The translations under genes were made by a program, and so were the position numbers. Shown here piece after piece: positions 7,385 through 18,621 of a DNA stretch of 24,000 nucleotides. The DNA is from SAR116 cluster bacterium AG-426-I14 (GTDB lineage: Bacteria > Pseudomonadota > Alphaproteobacteria > Puniceispirillales > Marisalimonadaceae), in assembly GCA_003210055.1 (NCBI GenBank), contig QCNS01000026.1, positions 3,231-27,230 of the forward strand, given 5' to 3'. The notes under the pieces are model-generated. The model was not told where the DNA came from, searched no databases, and saw only the letters and a list, made by a program, of their open reading frames with translations. The stretch's first letter is position 1, and each line of letters begins with the position of its first letter.

Positions 7385-9481
7385 TTAATTATTCAAGTCT
7401 TGTCCAGTTTCTTGATCTACTCTTTTTATGGAAAGTTTAACTTTTCCTCTATCATCAAAACCAATAACTTTTACCTTTACTTCATCTCCCTCTTTACAGA
7501 CGTCTGTTGTTTTCTCTGTTCTTTGTTCTTGCAATTCAGATATATGAACCAACCCATCTCTATTACCAAGGAAATTCACAAAAGCTCCAAAATCGACAGT
7601 TTTAACAACCTTACCATTATAAATCACACCCATTTCAGGCTCAACGATGATATCATTTATCATTTTAAGAGCTTTGTCTAAAGACTCATCGTTGGGAGAA
7701 GCAACTTTTAAAACACCCGTGTCGTCAATATCAATTTTAGAATTAGTGTTTTCACAAATTCCTTTGATTACCTTGCCAGATGGACCAATGATCTCTTTAA
7801 TTTTTTCAGTTTTAATTTTCATTACTTTAATTTTTGGAGCATTTTCTGCCAAATTTGTCCTAGTCTTAGAAATAGCTTTTTTCATTTCAGCTAAAATGTA
7901 CTTTCTTCCTTCTAGGGCTTGGTCTAAAGCAACTTTCATGATTTCACTATTTATGGATGTAATTTTAATATCCATTTGAAGACTAGTAATACCATCCTTA
8001 GTTCCTGCAACTTTAAAATCCATATCACCTAGGTGATCTTCGTCACCAAGAATGTCTGATAGAACAATATATTTATCTTTTTCTTTAATTAAACCCATCG
8101 CTATACCAGCAATAGGCTTTTTTATAGGGACTCCCGCATCCATTAGAGCTAGTGAAGTACCACATACTGTTGCCATTGAAGAGGAACCATTAGATTCTGT
8201 AATTTCAGAAACAATTCTTACTGTATAGGGAAACTCTTCAACAGTTGGGAGCAAGGGATGAATAGCTCTCCAAGCTAATTTTCCATGACCTACTTCTCTT
8301 CTGCCTGGTGAACCAACTCTACCAGCTTCCCCAACTGAATATGGAGGAAAATTATAATGTAGCATAAAACTCTCCTTAGAGTCACCATCAAGACCATCAA
8401 TCATTTGGGTATCTTGAGAAGACCCTAGAGTTGTAACTACTAATGCTTGTGTTTCACCTCTTGTAAATAATGCAGAACCATGAGACCTAGGTAAAGTACC
8501 AACTTCTGCAACTATTTTCCTAACTGCTTTATTGTCTCGTCCATCAATTCTTTTTTTTGTTTTAAGTACAGTTGTTCTGACTACATCAGATTCTGTTTTT
8601 TTGATTACTGATGATAACAAACTTGTATTTACATCTTCATCAAACTTGCTCAATATATCCTCTTTAATCGATTCAATTGCATTAACTCTTTCAGATTTCT
8701 CTTTAATTTTATAAGCTTTTTCAAATTCACCACTAAATTTTTTAACAACCTTATTATATTCTTTTTCTTCAGGTATATTATCTTCAATTTCTATTGGTTC
8801 TTTTGCAGCAACCTCAGCAAGTTCAATAATTGCATTAATAACAACTTTCATCTCTTTGTGACCAAAATCAACAGCACCCAACATTATTTTTTCATTTAAT
8901 TCCTGTGCTTCAGATTCTACCATCAAAACCCCTTCAGTTGTGCCAGCGACTACTAGATCTAATTTTTGGTTATCATATTCATTTACTTTTGGGTTGAGTT
9001 GATATTTTTTTCCATCCCATCCAACTCTACAAGCGCCTAATGGACCCATAAATGGTAAACCAGATATAGTTAAAGCTGCAGAAGCGGCTATAATTGAAAC
9101 AATATCAGGATCGTTTTCAAAATCATATTCTAACACTGTTGCAATTATTTGAGTTTCATTTTTGAAATTTTTATGAAATAGAGGTCTTATTGGTCTATCA
9201 ATTAATCTACATACTAATGTCTCTTTCTCTGTTGGCCTGCCCTCTCTTTTAAAAAAACCCCCAGGTATTTTACCTGCTGCAAAAGCTTTTTCCTGATAAT
9301 TAACTGTTAAAGGAAAAAAATCTGCATCATTTTTACTTTTTGAAGCAACGGCGGTACAAAGTACACTTGTTCCTCCATAAGTAACTAAGACTGCTCCATT
9401 AGCTTGTCTAGCTATTTTTCCAGTTTCAAAAACCAATTTTCTTCCACCAAACATTACTTCTTTTCGATAAACTTCAAACAT
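7385..9481 (-). CDS. pnp: Polyribonucleotide nucleotidyltransferase (PNPase)
   Basis: 698 aa with two RNase PH-like domains ([27 protein letters not shown]; [14 protein letters not shown]; GHGKLAWRA; [12 protein letters not shown]). These are followed by KH ([15 protein letters not shown]) and S1 ([15 protein letters not shown]...GLVHISEL) domains. Confidence 0.97.
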   Translation of the reverse strand: MFEVYRKEVMFGGRKLVFETGKIARQANGAVLVTYGGTSVLCTAVASKSKNDADFFPLTVNYQEKAFAAGKIPGGFFKREGRPTEKETLVCRLIDRPIRPLFHKNFKNETQIIATVLEYDFENDPDIVSIIAASAALTISGLPFMGPLGACRVGWDGKKYQLNPKVNEYDNQKLDLVVAGTTEGVLMVESEAQELNEKIMLGAVDFGHKEMKVVINAIIELAEVAAKEPIEIEDNIPEEKEYNKVVKKFSGEFEKAYKIKEKSERVNAIESIKEDILSKFDEDVNTSLLSSVIKKTESDVVRTTVLKTKKRIDGRDNKAVRKIVAEVGTLPRSHGSALFTRGETQALVVTTLGSSQDTQMIDGLDGDSKESFMLHYNFPPYSVGEAGRVGSPGRREVGHGKLAWRAIHPLLPTVEEFPYTVRIVSEITESNGSSSMATVCGTSLALMDAGVPIKKPIAGIAMGLIKEKDKYIVLSDILGDEDHLGDMDFKVAGTKDGITSLQMDIKITSINSEIMKVALDQALEGRKYILAEMKKAISKTRTNLAENAPKIKVMKIKTEKIKEIIGPSGKVIKGICENTNSKIDIDDTGVLKVASPNDESLDKALKMINDIIVEPEMGVIYNGKVVKTVDFGAFVNFLGNRDGLVHISELQEQRTEKTTDVCKEGDEVKVKVIGFDDRGKVKLSIKRVDQETGQDLNN

Positions 9482-9549
9482 TAACTTATCCTTATTTTAA
9501 ATATTTTTTATTTCTTATTAATTCAATGCACTAAAAAATTTAATTTGAG

Positions 9550-9819
9550 CTACCTTCTTAAGCCCAAACTTTTAATTAGATCTGTGTAACGAGACTCATC
9601 TTTATTTCTGATATAATTTAAAAGATTTCTTCTTTTACCTACCATAGTAAGAAGGCCTCTTCGAGAGATAAAATCTTTATGATGTTCTTTTAAATGATCT
9701 GTTAAAGATTTAATTTTTTCACTTAAAATAGCAACTTGCACATCAGCAGAACCTGTATCTTTTTCGTTTTTCTTAAACTTATTAATTAATTCTAACTTTT
9801 TATCCTTTTTTATTGACAT
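9550..9819 (-). CDS. rpsO: 30S ribosomal protein S15
   Basis: 89 aa. [50 protein letters not shown] is the S15 signature. It sits in the conserved truB-rpsO-pnp position. Confidence 0.95.
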   Translation of the reverse strand: MSIKKDKKLELINKFKKNEKDTGSADVQVAILSEKIKSLTDHLKEHHKDFISRRGLLTMVGKRRNLLNYIRNKDESRYTDLIKSLGLRR

Positions 9820-9829
9820 TTTACCTCAC

Positions 9830-10750
9830 CTATAAATTAAAAACCTTAATTGGCTTAACTACATCATCTCTAATTTTTGATAATGCAATTGGATTTTTTT
9901 TTGTAAAACAATATATCTTATCAATTTCGTTAAAATTTGGATATATCTTCTTAAATTCTCCAAAATATTTCATATCACTAACATTTATTTTTTGTCCATA
10001 TTTTATTCTCTCAGCTTCTGAACTATTTAACTCTAAAGAGGGATAGTTTTTCATTATTTCGTCTATTGTTATTAAGTTTTTTAAAATCATTGGACTATGT
10101 ATTAATTTTTTAGATAAATCCAGTAAAATCGCATTATCCAATGAAAAAATTCCAACACGTTTTCTTATTAATTCTATTATATGACCTTCCGTATTTAGCT
10201 CTTTACCAAAATCTCTAGCAAGAGATCTAATATAAGTTCCCTTCGAACAGCATATATTAAATTCTGAAACATCTTCATTAATATAATTGATTAGTTTCAA
10301 ATCGTATATAATTACATTCCTAGGCAAATGATTAAAAGATAAGTTTTTTCTTGCTAAAACATATGATCTTTTTCCATTTATTTTAATAGCTGAAAATTTT
10401 GGTGGGATTTGTTTGATTTCTCCCTTAAATTTTGGAATAACATTTAAAATTTCTTTTTTACTAGGCCTGTAGTTTGAAGATAAAACTTCTTCGCCTTCCA
10501 AATCATCTGTTGTTGTTGACCTCCCCCAATTTACTCTAAATGTATAAAATTTTTTCATATTTTGTACAAAGGAAATAATTTTGGTAGCCTCACCAATTGC
10601 TACTGGTAAAAGTCCTGATGCAAGGGGATCAAGTGTTCCTGTGTGACCAACTTTTTTAATATTTAGAGATTTAGAAATATGATCTATTACTTTTCGAGAT
10701 GTTATACCTTTATGCTTATTTATTAATATAAAGCCATGAATATTTACCAA
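9830..10750 (-). CDS. truB: tRNA pseudouridine(55) synthase
   Basis: GFILINKHKGITS and GHTGTLDPLASGLLPV (catalytic Asp motif), GTYIRSLARD, and a C-terminal PUA-like tail. TTG start codon at 10750. Confidence 0.92.
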   Translation of the reverse strand: MVNIHGFILINKHKGITSRKVIDHISKSLNIKKVGHTGTLDPLASGLLPVAIGEATKIISFVQNMKKFYTFRVNWGRSTTTDDLEGEEVLSSNYRPSKKEILNVIPKFKGEIKQIPPKFSAIKINGKRSYVLARKNLSFNHLPRNVIIYDLKLINYINEDVSEFNICCSKGTYIRSLARDFGKELNTEGHIIELIRKRVGIFSLDNAILLDLSKKLIHSPMILKNLITIDEIMKNYPSLELNSSEAERIKYGQKINVSDMKYFGEFKKIYPNFNEIDKIYCFTKKNPIALSKIRDDVVKPIKVFNL

Positions 10751-10761
10751 AAATTTTCCCT

Positions 10762-11130
10762 TTATTTTATTTTTTTTAAAATATTATCAATATTTTGTGA
10801 ATATTCAAAACTTGTGTCATGAAAAAACTTTATTTTTGGAACAAATCTTAATTTTAACTGCTTTGAAACTATTTTTTTTATATAACCACTTCTTTTATTA
10901 AGTTCCTCTAAAACAACAAAATTTTTATAAGTTTTTTCAGGGTATGACATAATATATATTTTAGCATTTTTTAAATCAGGACTTATATCTACGTCTGTAA
11001 CTGTGATAACACTATTTGAAAGATTATAAAGATAAAAATTATCACTAATCAATATTTTAGAAATTAATTGCCTTAATTGCTCACTGACTTTTAGAGCACG
11101 ATTTGATACAATTTTATTATTTTTTTTCAT
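10762..11130 (-). CDS. rbfA: Ribosome-binding factor A
   Basis: 122 aa. The RALKVSEQLRQLISKIL...VITVTDVDISPDLKNAKIYI pattern is typical of RbfA. It lies in the conserved infB-rbfA-truB position. Confidence 0.9.
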   Translation of the reverse strand: MKKNNKIVSNRALKVSEQLRQLISKILISDNFYLYNLSNSVITVTDVDISPDLKNAKIYIMSYPEKTYKNFVVLEELNKRSGYIKKIVSKQLKLRFVPKIKFFHDTSFEYSQNIDNILKKIK

Positions 11131-11145
11131 GAAGATTATACAAAT

Positions 11146-13575
11146 TTATTCTAATTTTTTTTTAACCTCATTAATTTCAAAACATTCCATAACATCTCCA
11201 ACTTTTATATCGTTAAAGTTTTCCAAACCCATTCCACATTCAAGACCTTGTTTAACTTCTTTAACTTCATCTTTAAATCTCTGTAATGTTTTTAGTTTTC
11301 CTTCATGAATAACAGTGCTTTCTCGTAATAAACGAAAATTACACCCTCTTTTGATTATACCTTCAGTTACATTACATCCAGCAATTCTTCCGATTTTTGA
11401 TATATTAAATACCTGTTTAATTTCAGCATAACCAATGAATTGCTCCTGCAAGTCAGGATCTAACATACCTGATAGTGCATTTTTTGCATCATCTATAAGT
11501 TCATATATAATAGAATGATATCTTATCTCAATGCCATCTCTTTTGGCTAATTCCCTTGCTTGGGGTATAGCTCGCACGTTAAAACCAAAAACCAATGCTG
11601 AAGAAGCAGTAGCCAAAGATATATCCGACTCATTAATTGCTCCTACTGAACCAGCTAAAATTTTAACTTTTAATTTTTCATCCCCTAATTTATTAAGAGC
11701 CACTTTTATAGCTTCTAGAGAACCATGCACGTCTGTTTTAATAACAACAGGCAACTCATTAACTTCGCCAGATTGAATATTTGCAAGCATTTGTTCAACT
11801 GAGCCTCTTGCTGACAAAGCTGCTTCTTTTTCTTTTAATTTTCTTGTTCTATACTCAGCTATTTCACGCGCTTTTGAATCACTGTCAACTACATTAGCTA
11901 AATCACCAGAATTAGGCACTCCTGATAAGCCAAGCACCTCAATAGGAGTTGACGGTTTTGCATAATCTACATTCTTTCCCAAATCGTTTATTAAAGCTCT
12001 TACTTTTCCACTCTCTGAACCTACGACCAATATATTTCCGACCTTTAAAGTACCAGACTTTACTAGCAAAGTGATAACTGATCCTTTACCTTTTTCTGTC
12101 TTTGCTTCAATCACAATTCCCTCAGCTGGACAGTCTTCGTCTGATTTCAGTTCTAGTAACTCAGCTTGTAACTCAATAGACTCAATTAAATCATTTAAAC
12201 CTGTTTTTTCCTTAGCTGAAATGTTAATACACTGTATATCTCCTCCCATCTCTTCTGGAACAAGTTCCTGTTGCAAAAGCTCATTCCTTACTTTTTGAGG
12301 ATCAGAATCAGTTTTATCACACTTATTTATAGCAACAATAATAGGAACAGATGCAGCTTTTGCGTGTTTTATAGCTTCAACAGTTTGATTATTAACTCCA
12401 TCATCTGCTGCGACCACTAAAACAACAATGTCAGTTAAATTTGCTCCTCTTGCTCTCATTTCTGAAAAGGCTTCATGACCCGGAGTATCTATAAAGGAAA
12501 TTAAATTATTATTTTTAGAGTTAATTTGATAAGCGCCAATATGTTGGGTTATACCTCCAGCCTCACCATCCGCAACCTTAGTTTGTCTTAAAGAGTCTAA
12601 AAGAGAAGTTTTACCATGATCAACATGACCCATAATTGTTACAACAGGGGGTCTAGAAACCAGATTGTTTTTATTAACTTTAGTTTTAAGAAGATTTAAT
12701 TCAACATCGGATTCTGATACTCTTTTTACCTTATGACCAAATTCGGATGTAATTAATTCTGCTGTATCGGCATCTATTACTTGAGTGGCTGTAGCCATGA
12801 TACCATTTTTCATTAATTCTCTGACTACATCAGCAGTTTTTTCAGACATACGATTAGCTAACTCAGAAACCAAAATGGTGTCAGGCACTATAACTTCTCT
12901 CACTTGTTTGACAGCAGACACATTTTCAGCTTGCATTCTAACTTTTTCTCTTCTTCTCTTAATTGATGCAAGTGATCTTACCCTAATATTATCTCCGTCT
13001 AATGCCCTTGCTATTGTTAATTTCCCCTGTCTTTTTTGTTCATACCCTTTACTTATATTTTTTTTGTTATTATCTCTAAACAGTTCTTTGTCTGTTAGTT
13101 TTTTTGAACTTCTTGAATTATCATCAACTTTTTCACTTTTTTGGATTCCAAAGTTTATATTTTTTTTTCTTTCATCAACCTGTTTCTTACTTTGAAGAGG
13201 TTGATTAACATCTTTCTCATTTTTTGAGTATATTGGATTATCTTCAGAAGAATCATTTTTATCTTTTTCTATAATAGCTTTATTTTCTGCTTGAGCAGCA
13301 GTTCTAGCTAAGTCTTCTTTTAAGAGTTTACTTCTTGATGATATTTCTTCAGCACTTAAATTCTGATTTACTTCGCTTGATTTCCTGTAATCATCTATTT
13401 TGTTTTCATTAACTCTTTTCACTCTTTTGACTTCTACTTGAACCGTGTTTCTACCTGAACGCGAGTTAGTTGTAATACTTCCTGTCAATTTTGAGTTAAA
13501 TGAATTTTTTAGGGTAAGCTTTCCCTCTAGAGATAAACTTAATTTCTTTCTTTCGCCTGAGTTTTTATCTGTCAT
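11146..13575 (-). CDS. infB: Translation initiation factor IF-2
   Basis: 809 aa. A low-complexity K/E/S-rich N-terminus is followed by the G domain (GHVDHGKTSLLD, DTPGHEAF, NKCD) and the conserved C-terminal domains (VIKTDVHGSLEAI, GFNVR). Confidence 0.97.
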   Translation of the reverse strand: MTDKNSGERKKLSLSLEGKLTLKNSFNSKLTGSITTNSRSGRNTVQVEVKRVKRVNENKIDDYRKSSEVNQNLSAEEISSRSKLLKEDLARTAAQAENKAIIEKDKNDSSEDNPIYSKNEKDVNQPLQSKKQVDERKKNINFGIQKSEKVDDNSRSSKKLTDKELFRDNNKKNISKGYEQKRQGKLTIARALDGDNIRVRSLASIKRRREKVRMQAENVSAVKQVREVIVPDTILVSELANRMSEKTADVVRELMKNGIMATATQVIDADTAELITSEFGHKVKRVSESDVELNLLKTKVNKNNLVSRPPVVTIMGHVDHGKTSLLDSLRQTKVADGEAGGITQHIGAYQINSKNNNLISFIDTPGHEAFSEMRARGANLTDIVVLVVAADDGVNNQTVEAIKHAKAASVPIIVAINKCDKTDSDPQKVRNELLQQELVPEEMGGDIQCINISAKEKTGLNDLIESIELQAELLELKSDEDCPAEGIVIEAKTEKGKGSVITLLVKSGTLKVGNILVVGSESGKVRALINDLGKNVDYAKPSTPIEVLGLSGVPNSGDLANVVDSDSKAREIAEYRTRKLKEKEAALSARGSVEQMLANIQSGEVNELPVVIKTDVHGSLEAIKVALNKLGDEKLKVKILAGSVGAINESDISLATASSALVFGFNVRAIPQARELAKRDGIEIRYHSIIYELIDDAKNALSGMLDPDLQEQFIGYAEIKQVFNISKIGRIAGCNVTEGIIKRGCNFRLLRESTVIHEGKLKTLQRFKDEVKEVKQGLECGMGLENFNDIKVGDVMECFEINEVKKKLE

Positions 13576-13599
13576 TTTTTTTACCTAAGATTTCTTAAA

Positions 13600-15111
13600 T
13601 CAATCAGTCTTCTCTTCATTAAACCAATGTTGCCTTGCAGCCATTATGACCTCACCAGCTTCATCTTCACTATTAAAAACCAACTTACCTAGAAGATTAA
13701 AAAGTTCTTCACTGTCTAAATCTGCCAAATCATCTAGGGTTTTGATATTATTCTCAGCAAGTTTTAATATACTAGATTTTGATAGTGATTCAAAATTATA
13801 TAAGTCATCATTAACTTTTAAATCTTTTAATGTTTTCTCAATTCTTTCATTTTCATTTTTAACAAATACCAATGCTCTTGATTTTAATTCTTCAGCTAGT
13901 TCTTTGTCAAAACCTTCAATATTATTTAACTCTTCTACTGATGAAGTAGCAATTTCCTCAATATTTGTAAAACCTTCAGCCACCATTAAGTGGGCAATAA
14001 CATCATCAACATCTAAACTTTCTATAAAGATTTTCGTTCTTTCATTAATCTCTTCCTGTCTACGGTCAGATTCTTCAGCTTCTGTATACACATCAATATA
14101 CCAATTTGATAACTCAGATGCCAATCTTACATTTTGACCTCTTCTACCTATAGCCAAGGAAAGTTGGTCGTCTGGAACAATAACTTCAACTCGCCCTGCA
14201 TCTTCATCCATAACTACCTTTGAGGGAACAGCTGGTGCCAAAGAATTTATAACAAAATTTACAGGATCCTCAGACCAAGGAATGATCTCAATTTTTTCAC
14301 CTTGTAATTCATTTACCACTGCTTGAACTCTTGATCCTCTCATTCCTACACATGCACCCACAGGATCAATAGAGTTATCCTTCGAAAAAACACTAATTTT
14401 AGCTCTACTGCCAGCCTCTCTAGCTACACTTTTAACTTCTATAATACCGTCATATATTTCAGGAACTTCTTGCGTGAATAAAGCTTGAAGAAATTCATTG
14501 CAAGCTCGTGACAAAAATATTTGTGGCCCTCTCAACTCTTCTCTAACCTCCAAAATATAAGATCTGACTCTATCTCCAGGCTTTAACTGTTCTCTGGGTA
14601 TCATTTGATCCTTTTTTATCACTCCCTCAGCTTTACCTATATCTAAAGTTACAGAAAAGTTATCAACACGTTTAATTGTACCTAAAATGATTTCTCCAGC
14701 TCTGTCTTTAAACTCATTAAATTGTCTTTGCCTTTCAGCATCTCTAACTTTTTGTGTTATTACTTGCTTAGCTGTTTGAGCTGCTATTCTTCCAAAATCA
14801 ATTGGTGGTAAATTTTGGATATAATAATCACCAATTTTAAGGTCTAGAGCTCTTCTATCAGCTTCTTTGAAACTCATTTGTACAGACTCGTCTTCAACAT
14901 TTTCAACTATTTCTGTATATTGTTGGATTTTTATTGACCCATTGTTTCTATTAATAAAAGCTCTAATATCTCTTTCAGCTCCATATTTTGATCTAGCGGC
15001 TCTTTGAATAGCTTCTTCCATTGCTAGGAGAACATCCTCTTTTTCTATTAATTTTTCTCTGGCGACGTTTTCAGCGACTTGTAACAATTCAATTCTGGGA
15101 AGATTCTCCAT
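13600..15111 (-). CDS. nusA: Transcription termination/antitermination factor NusA
   Basis: 503 aa with an N-terminal domain, S1, and two KH domains (GACVGMRGSRVQAVVNELQGEKIEII; LAIGRRGQNVRLASELS). Acidic C-terminal HhH repeats are present, as in proteobacterial NusA. Confidence 0.97.
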   Translation of the reverse strand: MENLPRIELLQVAENVAREKLIEKEDVLLAMEEAIQRAARSKYGAERDIRAFINRNNGSIKIQQYTEIVENVEDESVQMSFKEADRRALDLKIGDYYIQNLPPIDFGRIAAQTAKQVITQKVRDAERQRQFNEFKDRAGEIILGTIKRVDNFSVTLDIGKAEGVIKKDQMIPREQLKPGDRVRSYILEVREELRGPQIFLSRACNEFLQALFTQEVPEIYDGIIEVKSVAREAGSRAKISVFSKDNSIDPVGACVGMRGSRVQAVVNELQGEKIEIIPWSEDPVNFVINSLAPAVPSKVVMDEDAGRVEVIVPDDQLSLAIGRRGQNVRLASELSNWYIDVYTEAEESDRRQEEINERTKIFIESLDVDDVIAHLMVAEGFTNIEEIATSSVEELNNIEGFDKELAEELKSRALVFVKNENERIEKTLKDLKVNDDLYNFESLSKSSILKLAENNIKTLDDLADLDSEELFNLLGKLVFNSEDEAGEVIMAARQHWFNEEKTD

Positions 15112-15150
15112 TTTTTGAATACCTATCTAATTAAAATTAAACTTATCTTT

Positions 15151-15183
15151 TAAAATAAAAAAGTGAGTCTCACGACTCACTTT
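15151..15183 (-). terminator. Rho-independent terminator downstream of trmB (minus strand)
   Basis: Perfect 10-bp stem: 15160-15169 AAAGTGAGTC pairs with 15174-15183 GACTCACTTT. On the minus strand the loop is GTGA (GNRA-type) and the stem runs into TTTTTTATTTTA. This is the only GC-containing hairpin plus T-tract I found in an intergenic region here. Confidence 0.7.
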
Positions 15184-15243
15184 AATCCATACTACAACAT
15201 TGTTTAAGATAAAACAATATTTGTATATTAAATATCTAAAAAA

Positions 15244-15906
15244 CTATAATTTTCTATAAACAAACCAATTATTTTTATTTCCTAATGAAATTGCCTTTTT
15301 TGAGTATTTTGAATTGAGAAGACAAAATGGCTTTTTATTGCAAATATTTATATTTTTAATATGCCAATCAAAATCATCCCTAATATGAAACTGTTCTAAT
15401 ATCCAACTTTTCATATTATTTTCATCTGAAGATATTAAAATTTTACCATTCTTTTTTAAAACTTTTGCTAAAAAGTCTAAGAAATATTGTTGAATTAAAC
15501 GACGTTTCTTATGTTTATTTTTTGGCCAAGGATCTGGATGTAGAATTAAAATTAAATCAAAAATATTATTAGGCAATACTTCTATTAATTTTCTTATATC
15601 GTCAGACCAAATCTTTACATTTTTAAGTTTCAGTTTTGTAAGGACTTTATAAAGTTTCAAACAAGAATTTAAGTATGGATCAGCTCCTATAAAATTTATA
15701 TTTTTATATTTTTTTGAAAAATTTATAAGGTTTTCCGCATTTCCAAAACCAATCTCTAAAATATTATTGGAAAAAGAGTTATATTCTTTTAAATCATTCG
15801 CTTTTAAAAAAAAATCAATATTATTCAATTTTAATAGTTGTTTATTAACTCGATTAAAACCTCTTCCCTTCCTCCTACCATAAAATTGAAATATGTGATT
15901 GTTCAA
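15244..15906 (-). CDS. trmB: tRNA (guanine-N7)-methyltransferase
   Basis: SAM-binding EIGFGNAENL and the TrmB signature HPDPWPKNKHKKRRL. metK-trmB adjacency is common in alphaproteobacteria. Confidence 0.9.
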   Translation of the reverse strand: MNNHIFQFYGRRKGRGFNRVNKQLLKLNNIDFFLKANDLKEYNSFSNNILEIGFGNAENLINFSKKYKNINFIGADPYLNSCLKLYKVLTKLKLKNVKIWSDDIRKLIEVLPNNIFDLILILHPDPWPKNKHKKRRLIQQYFLDFLAKVLKKNGKILISSDENNMKSWILEQFHIRDDFDWHIKNINICNKKPFCLLNSKYSKKAISLGNKNNWFVYRKL

Positions 15907-15913
15907 TTGTTAC

Positions 15914-17095
15914 TCAAAGTTTATTTATTTCGTTAAGAATTCTCTCAACAAGATCAACTTTTTCCCATGAAAAAGAACCTTTAATTTTTTCATCAGGAAA
16001 TCTACCAAAGTGGCCATAAGATGAGGAAGGGACATATATTGAATTATTTAAAGCCAAATGATCTCTTATTCCTTTTGGTGTCAAATCAACAATTTTTTCT
16101 AAACATTTTTGAATTCTTAAATCTTCAACTTCTCCAGTACCTTGAGTGTTTACGTAAAAAGATAAAGGTTTAGAAATACCTATTCCGTAAGCAATTTGAA
16201 TAGTACATTTTTTTGCTAATTTAGCAGCAACAACATTTTTTGCTAAATATCTCGTCATGTAAGCCGCAGATCTATCAACTTTTGTTGGATCTTTTCCAGA
16301 AAATGCCCCTCCTCCATGAGGAGCTGAGCCGCCGTATGTATCAACTATTATTTTTCTTCCTGTCAGTCCTGTATCACCATCTGGGCCACCTATAACAAAT
16401 CTACCAGTGGGATTTACATAAAAGTTATCTTCATGACACATCCATTCCTCTGGAATAACTTTTCTAACAGATGACATAATAAAATCTTTCAATTCAGACT
16501 GATTAAACCCATCCCTATGTTGAGAAGAAACTACAATTTTATGAGCTTTGATAGGTCTTTCATTGTCATATTGAATTGTAAGTTGAGATTTGCTATCTGG
16601 TCCTAAAAAATCTGCCACACCTGAATGTCTTAAATCAGCAAGTTTTTTTAAAATTTCATGAGAATAATGAATTGGTGCCGGCATTAAAGAAGGCGTTTCG
16701 TCTGTGGCATAGCCAAACATCAGACCCTGATCACCTGCACCCTCCTCTTTGTTATGACTTTCGTCAACACCTTGAGCAATGTCAGGTGATTGTTGATGAA
16801 GAAAACAATCAACAATCATTTTTTCCCAATGAAAACCGTCTTGTTCATATCCAATTTTTTTTACTGCATTTCTAACATTTTCTTCAATTTCGTCATTTGT
16901 TATATTTACTCCATCTGGCAATCTATATTCACCTGCAAGAATAACTTTATTAGTTGTCACTAAAGTTTCACATGCCACTCTTGCATAAGGATATTTACTT
17001 ATCATTAAATCTACAATTGTATCTGATATACAATCACTGACTTTATCAGGATGTCCTTCAGACACAGACTCAGAAGTAAACAGAAAGTTTTTCAT
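15914..17095 (-). CDS. metK: S-adenosylmethionine synthetase
   Basis: Full-length collinearity with E. coli MetK: [77 protein letters not shown]. Confidence 0.97.
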   Translation of the reverse strand: MKNFLFTSESVSEGHPDKVSDCISDTIVDLMISKYPYARVACETLVTTNKVILAGEYRLPDGVNITNDEIEENVRNAVKKIGYEQDGFHWEKMIVDCFLHQQSPDIAQGVDESHNKEEGAGDQGLMFGYATDETPSLMPAPIHYSHEILKKLADLRHSGVADFLGPDSKSQLTIQYDNERPIKAHKIVVSSQHRDGFNQSELKDFIMSSVRKVIPEEWMCHEDNFYVNPTGRFVIGGPDGDTGLTGRKIIVDTYGGSAPHGGGAFSGKDPTKVDRSAAYMTRYLAKNVVAAKLAKKCTIQIAYGIGISKPLSFYVNTQGTGEVEDLRIQKCLEKIVDLTPKGIRDHLALNNSIYVPSSSYGHFGRFPDEKIKGSFSWEKVDLVERILNEINKL

Positions 17096-18621
17096 AAAAA
17101 TCGTTTCCTATTAATAGTTTTTGACAATATAATGTTGAATATAAATACATAAAAAATAATAAAAATAAAGATAGAATTTCCATAAGTTTTAAAAAAAGTG
17201 TTATCAAGCTTATCAACGAGCTTAATTGTTTTTGATGCCTCTTTATTTAATTCTAATTTTTCCACTACTTCTCCATACGGATCAATAAATCCAGAAACAC
17301 CTGTGTTAGCAACTCTAATTACTGGGATTCCAAATTCTACAGCTCTAATTTTTGCAAAGTCAAAATGTTGGTATGGACCAATAGTATTACCAAACCAAGC
17401 ATCATTAGTTATATTTATAATTAAAAAAGTTTTATCAGATAAATTTTTGAAAATGTAATTGTTAAAAATAATTTCATAACATATTAGAAACATCATATCC
17501 AATGATTGATTTAACATAATATTTGGATTTGTTTTTCCTACGTTAAAATCCATATCACTTGCCAAAGTTGGTATAAAATTCAAAAAAAACCTTAAAGGAT
17601 TATATTCACCAAATGGGACTAAAAAATTCTTATCATAAACTTTCTTAATTTTATGATATTTATCAAAAAGAATACCAGAGTTATATATTTTTCCATCATG
17701 TTTTCTAATTAAGCCAAGGAATAAACTTAAGTCTCTATTTTTGTTAATTAATTTTTTAACCAAATCCATTAAAATCTTTTCATCTCTTGGATAAACTCCT
17801 GCAAAGGCGGTTTCTGGCCATACGATTAATCTTTTTTTATAAGTGAATTTTTCAGATTCATATCTTGATAGTTTGATTAATTTTTCTAGATGGATTTTAA
17901 ATAAACTTCTATCCCATTTTACTTTTTGTGCGATATTTGGTTGTACAATTGTAATTAGAAAGTCATTTTTGGATTTAATTTCAACTTTATAAATAAGCCT
18001 ATTAACACTTAATAAAAATAGAGTTAAAATAGGCAATATCATAAATATTGTGGTTCTGAATAATAACCCTTTATAACTCTTAACCAACAATGGTAATATA
18101 ATTAAAAAAATTAGAACAATATTCATAGAATATACTCCAACAAATGAAAAACTTTGTAAGGTATAAATATTTGAAGTAAAAATGCTTGCTGGCATTAACC
18201 AAGGAAAATTTAGAAAGTATCCTCTAAAAAATTCAGAAAGGGGTAATAAAATTGTTAACCATACAAATTTGTTCCCTATAATTTTAGATAATTTTGATGA
18301 TAAATAAAAAGCACATCCCCACAGAAAACCCAAAAAAATTGGTAATAGAACTACTGCGAATGGCAAAATAATTTGAAAAAGCCATGATTTAATTAAAAAA
18401 GCTGAGCCAATCCAATATAACCCCGAAAAAAACCAGCCAAAACCGAAACTTATACCTCGGAAAAAAACTTTTAAACTATTATCAGATTTAAATACGAAAA
18501 ACACACCAAAAGAGAAAAACCCTATAAACGGTAAATATCCATATGGTTCTAATGAAAATGTTGATAAACCCCCACAAAAAATACAGATTATCTGATTAAT
18601 AAAGCTTTGTTTATTGAACAT
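17092..18621 (-). CDS. lnt: Apolipoprotein N-acyltransferase
   Basis: The N-terminal half is multi-pass hydrophobic. The C-terminal CN-hydrolase domain carries the Glu-Lys-Cys triad contexts [21 protein letters not shown] and FLICYEIIF. It lies in the conserved ybeY-corC-lnt position. Confidence 0.88.
   Translation of the reverse strand: MFNKQSFINQIICIFCGGLSTFSLEPYGYLPFIGFFSFGVFFVFKSDNSLKVFFRGISFGFGWFFSGLYWIGSAFLIKSWLFQIILPFAVVLLPIFLGFLWGCAFYLSSKLSKIIGNKFVWLTILLPLSEFFRGYFLNFPWLMPASIFTSNIYTLQSFSFVGVYSMNIVLIFLIILPLLVKSYKGLLFRTTIFMILPILTLFLLSVNRLIYKVEIKSKNDFLITIVQPNIAQKVKWDRSLFKIHLEKLIKLSRYESEKFTYKKRLIVWPETAFAGVYPRDEKILMDLVKKLINKNRDLSLFLGLIRKHDGKIYNSGILFDKYHKIKKVYDKNFLVPFGEYNPLRFFLNFIPTLASDMDFNVGKTNPNIMLNQSLDMMFLICYEIIFNNYIFKNLSDKTFLIINITNDAWFGNTIGPYQHFDFAKIRAVEFGIPVIRVANTGVSGFIDPYGEVVEKLELNKEASKTIKLVDKLDNTFFKTYGNSIFIFIIFYVFIFNIILSKTINRKRFL

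Noticed and set aside
7400-8714. Plus-strand ORFs 7400-7681, 7647-7979 and 8532-8714, antisense to pnp
   Set aside because: All lie inside the PNPase CDS and have low-complexity I/F/S/L translations, so they are shadow ORFs.
9482-9549. An rpsO terminator or pnp autoregulatory (RNase III-type) leader hairpin, as in E. coli
   Set aside because: The 68-nt spacer is almost pure A/T. I could find only trivial AATT/AAATTT self-complementarity and no stable stem. Only an AAGGA about 8 nt before the pnp ATG is evident.
11531-13195. Three plus-strand ORFs (11531-11776, 12071-12298, 12785-13195) antisense to infB
   Set aside because: All lie within the IF-2 CDS. They are S/L/F-rich with no motifs, so they are shadow ORFs.
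13646-14137. 163-aa ORF on the plus strand, antisense to nusA
   Set aside because: It lies entirely inside a strongly supported nusA CDS. Its translation is low-complexity and S/L/F/K-rich with no recognisable motif, which is typical of a shadow ORF.
15199-15235. Two additional small hairpins between trmB and the terminator (ATTGTTT/AAACAAT at 15199-15218; ATATTT/AAATAT at 15217-15235)
   Set aside because: The stems are 6-7 bp and nearly all A/T, which is expected by chance in this composition. They add nothing beyond the clear terminator at 15151-15183.
17092-17120. A SAM riboswitch or leader upstream of metK
   Set aside because: The metK ATG overlaps the lnt stop (ATGA), so there is no untranslated leader in which such an element could reside.
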